From Geotalea uraniireducens Rf4 (GTDB lineage Bacteria; Desulfobacterota; Desulfuromonadia; Geobacterales; Geobacteraceae): a stretch of DNA of 32,000 bases. The DNA is taken from contig NC_009483.1 in assembly GCF_000016745.1 (NCBI RefSeq), positions 2,700,001-2,732,000 of the forward strand, given 5' to 3'. Below the pieces are notes generated by a model, which saw nothing but the letters and a program-made list of their open reading frames with translations, did not search any database and had not been told where the DNA came from. A program made the translations under genes and the position numbers. Below, in pieces: positions 31,100 through 32,000 of this stretch (within the stretch, counting starts at the first letter, position 1; each line of letters starts with the position of its first letter).

Positions 31100-32000
31100 T
31101 TAAAATGTTTTTCTGAGTTCCAGTATCACCCTGTTTATCTGCTTGTTGTCGGTGACAATCACCGGTGAATAGTAGTCGATGTACCTGTAATAAAGAGAAC
31201 AGGTTAAGTCCTTGACAAATGAATAACTAAGCCCGGTATCAACAAAAAACCTGCGGGTATAACTGCCTGTATCCTTGTGATCATATTTAGAAGCCTCAAA
31301 ACTGAGATTGGCCACAAGAGCGTTCATTAGTTCATATCTGCCTCTCGTGCCGGCCGTTGAACTCTTCGTCTGCAATCTGTCAATTTCCGTATCAACAAAT
31401 TCAGCGTATGAAAGAAAAATCCCGACCTTTCCTCTTTTAAAATCCCTGTCGACGGCGCCCGAATAGCTTGTTTCCTGAGTAGTTCTTCTGAGCGGATCCT
31501 CATAATATCTGACGCTGGCATTGATCGTGGCGGTAACGCTGCCAAATTGGTGTTTGATACCTGCATTCCAGAATGGAGCAATAAAGGTGCTGTCTTTACT
31601 GTATTTAATCCATGTCCCTCCGCCCTGCCCGAATAAAAAGGAAATATCCGCATACTCATAGCGAAACCCCAGATATACGTCATGCTTGCTATAATCATCT
31701 ACTGGTGCAATATCTCTGGTAAAAGTATAGCCGCCTGTGACATTGATTTTAGGCGAAACATTATAAGTTCCCTCAGCGAAACCGATATGGTCGGTTCTAT
31801 CAAAAGCAGCCGGGCTTTTGTACCAGGTATTCACATAGCGATAACCAAACCTCAAATTTGTCTGCGTTGTAGGTCTGATGACGAAAAAAGGTGACGCGGT
31901 CACTATGTTCTGATCCGACTGATCGACAAAAAGACTTTCCCTGGTGACGTCCCTGGTTATATCCAGCGAAACCCGCTGATAATTATCAGTGACATCGAGA
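31100..32000 (-). CDS. Outer-membrane beta-barrel protein, exosortase-locus associated (5' end beyond window)
   Basis: The track ORF starts at a GTG (31903), but I translated the same frame upstream and found no stop up to position 31999 (...LDVTDNYQRVSLDITRDVTRESLFVDQSDQNIVTASPFF...). It shows an alternating hydrophobic/polar strand pattern with many aromatic girdle residues and ends ...ILELRKTF with the C-terminal Phe typical of OMPs. It may belong to the family I recall as TIGR03016. Confidence 0.65.
   Translation of the reverse strand, partial: LDVTDNYQRVSLDITRDVTRESLFVDQSDQNIVTASPFFVIRPTTQTNLRFGYRYVNTWYKSPAAFDRTDHIGFAEGTYNVSPKINVTGGYTFTRDIAPVDDYSKHDVYLGFRYEYADISFLFGQGGGTWIKYSKDSTFIAPFWNAGIKHQFGSVTATINASVRYYEDPLRRTTQETSYSGAVDRDFKRGKVGIFLSYAEFVDTEIDRLQTKSSTAGTRGRYELMNALVANLSFEASKYDHKDTGSYTRRFFVDTGLSYSFVKDLTCSLYYRYIDYYSPVIVTDNKQINRVILELRKTF

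Noticed and set aside
1-32000. PEP-CTERM substrate proteins, tRNA/rRNA genes, transposases/integrases, defence systems.
   Set aside because: No track ORF ends with a PEP motif followed by a TM helix and basic tail. No ORF shows transposase, integrase, nuclease or other defence-type motifs. I saw no cloverleaf-like or rRNA-like sequence in the spacers. Small ORFs under 60 aa were not systematically examined.

Overview
All supported genes in this 32-kb window lie on the minus strand. They form one long extracellular-polysaccharide / cell-surface glycan locus of the exosortase (EpsH/Xrt) type: about 30 tightly packed CDSs, several with overlapping stop and start codons, and no rRNA, tRNA or CRISPR that I can see.

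Reading in the direction of transcription (right to left):
- a partial outer-membrane beta-barrel gene;
- a PEP-CTERM-locus-type polysaccharide deacetylase;
- a Wzm/Wzt ABC glycan exporter;
- a block of acyl/aminoacyl-modification genes: FemAB-like, NeuD-type hexapeptide acyltransferase, GNAT, small carrier protein, agmatinase-family ureohydrolase, acyl-CoA-dehydrogenase-like flavoprotein, stand-alone adenylation enzyme and DegT aminotransferase;
- a 974-aa secreted multidomain protein;
- four GT2 glycosyltransferases plus a WbsX-like enzyme;
- the PEP-CTERM-associated FemAB gene and a second DegT aminotransferase;
- exosortase and EpsI;
- GT2, GT4, an O-antigen-ligase/Wzy-like membrane protein, an LMW protein-tyrosine phosphatase, a NodB deacetylase, an ATP-grasp enzyme, GT4 and a partial GT2.

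The most unusual content is the carrier-protein cassette (adenylation enzyme, ACAD-like enzyme, ureohydrolase, carrier protein and three acyltransferases). It sits in an ABC-transporter module that appears to be nested inside the exosortase locus.

Non-coding structure includes a family of 100-116 bp nested palindromic (REP/MITE-like) elements at three intergenic sites, a separate 169-bp imperfect palindrome, and a 282-bp in-frame tandem duplication.

Base composition is strongly mosaic from gene to gene. I cannot assign a taxon from the sequence alone. All family assignments are by-eye motif recognition and need HMM or structure confirmation.
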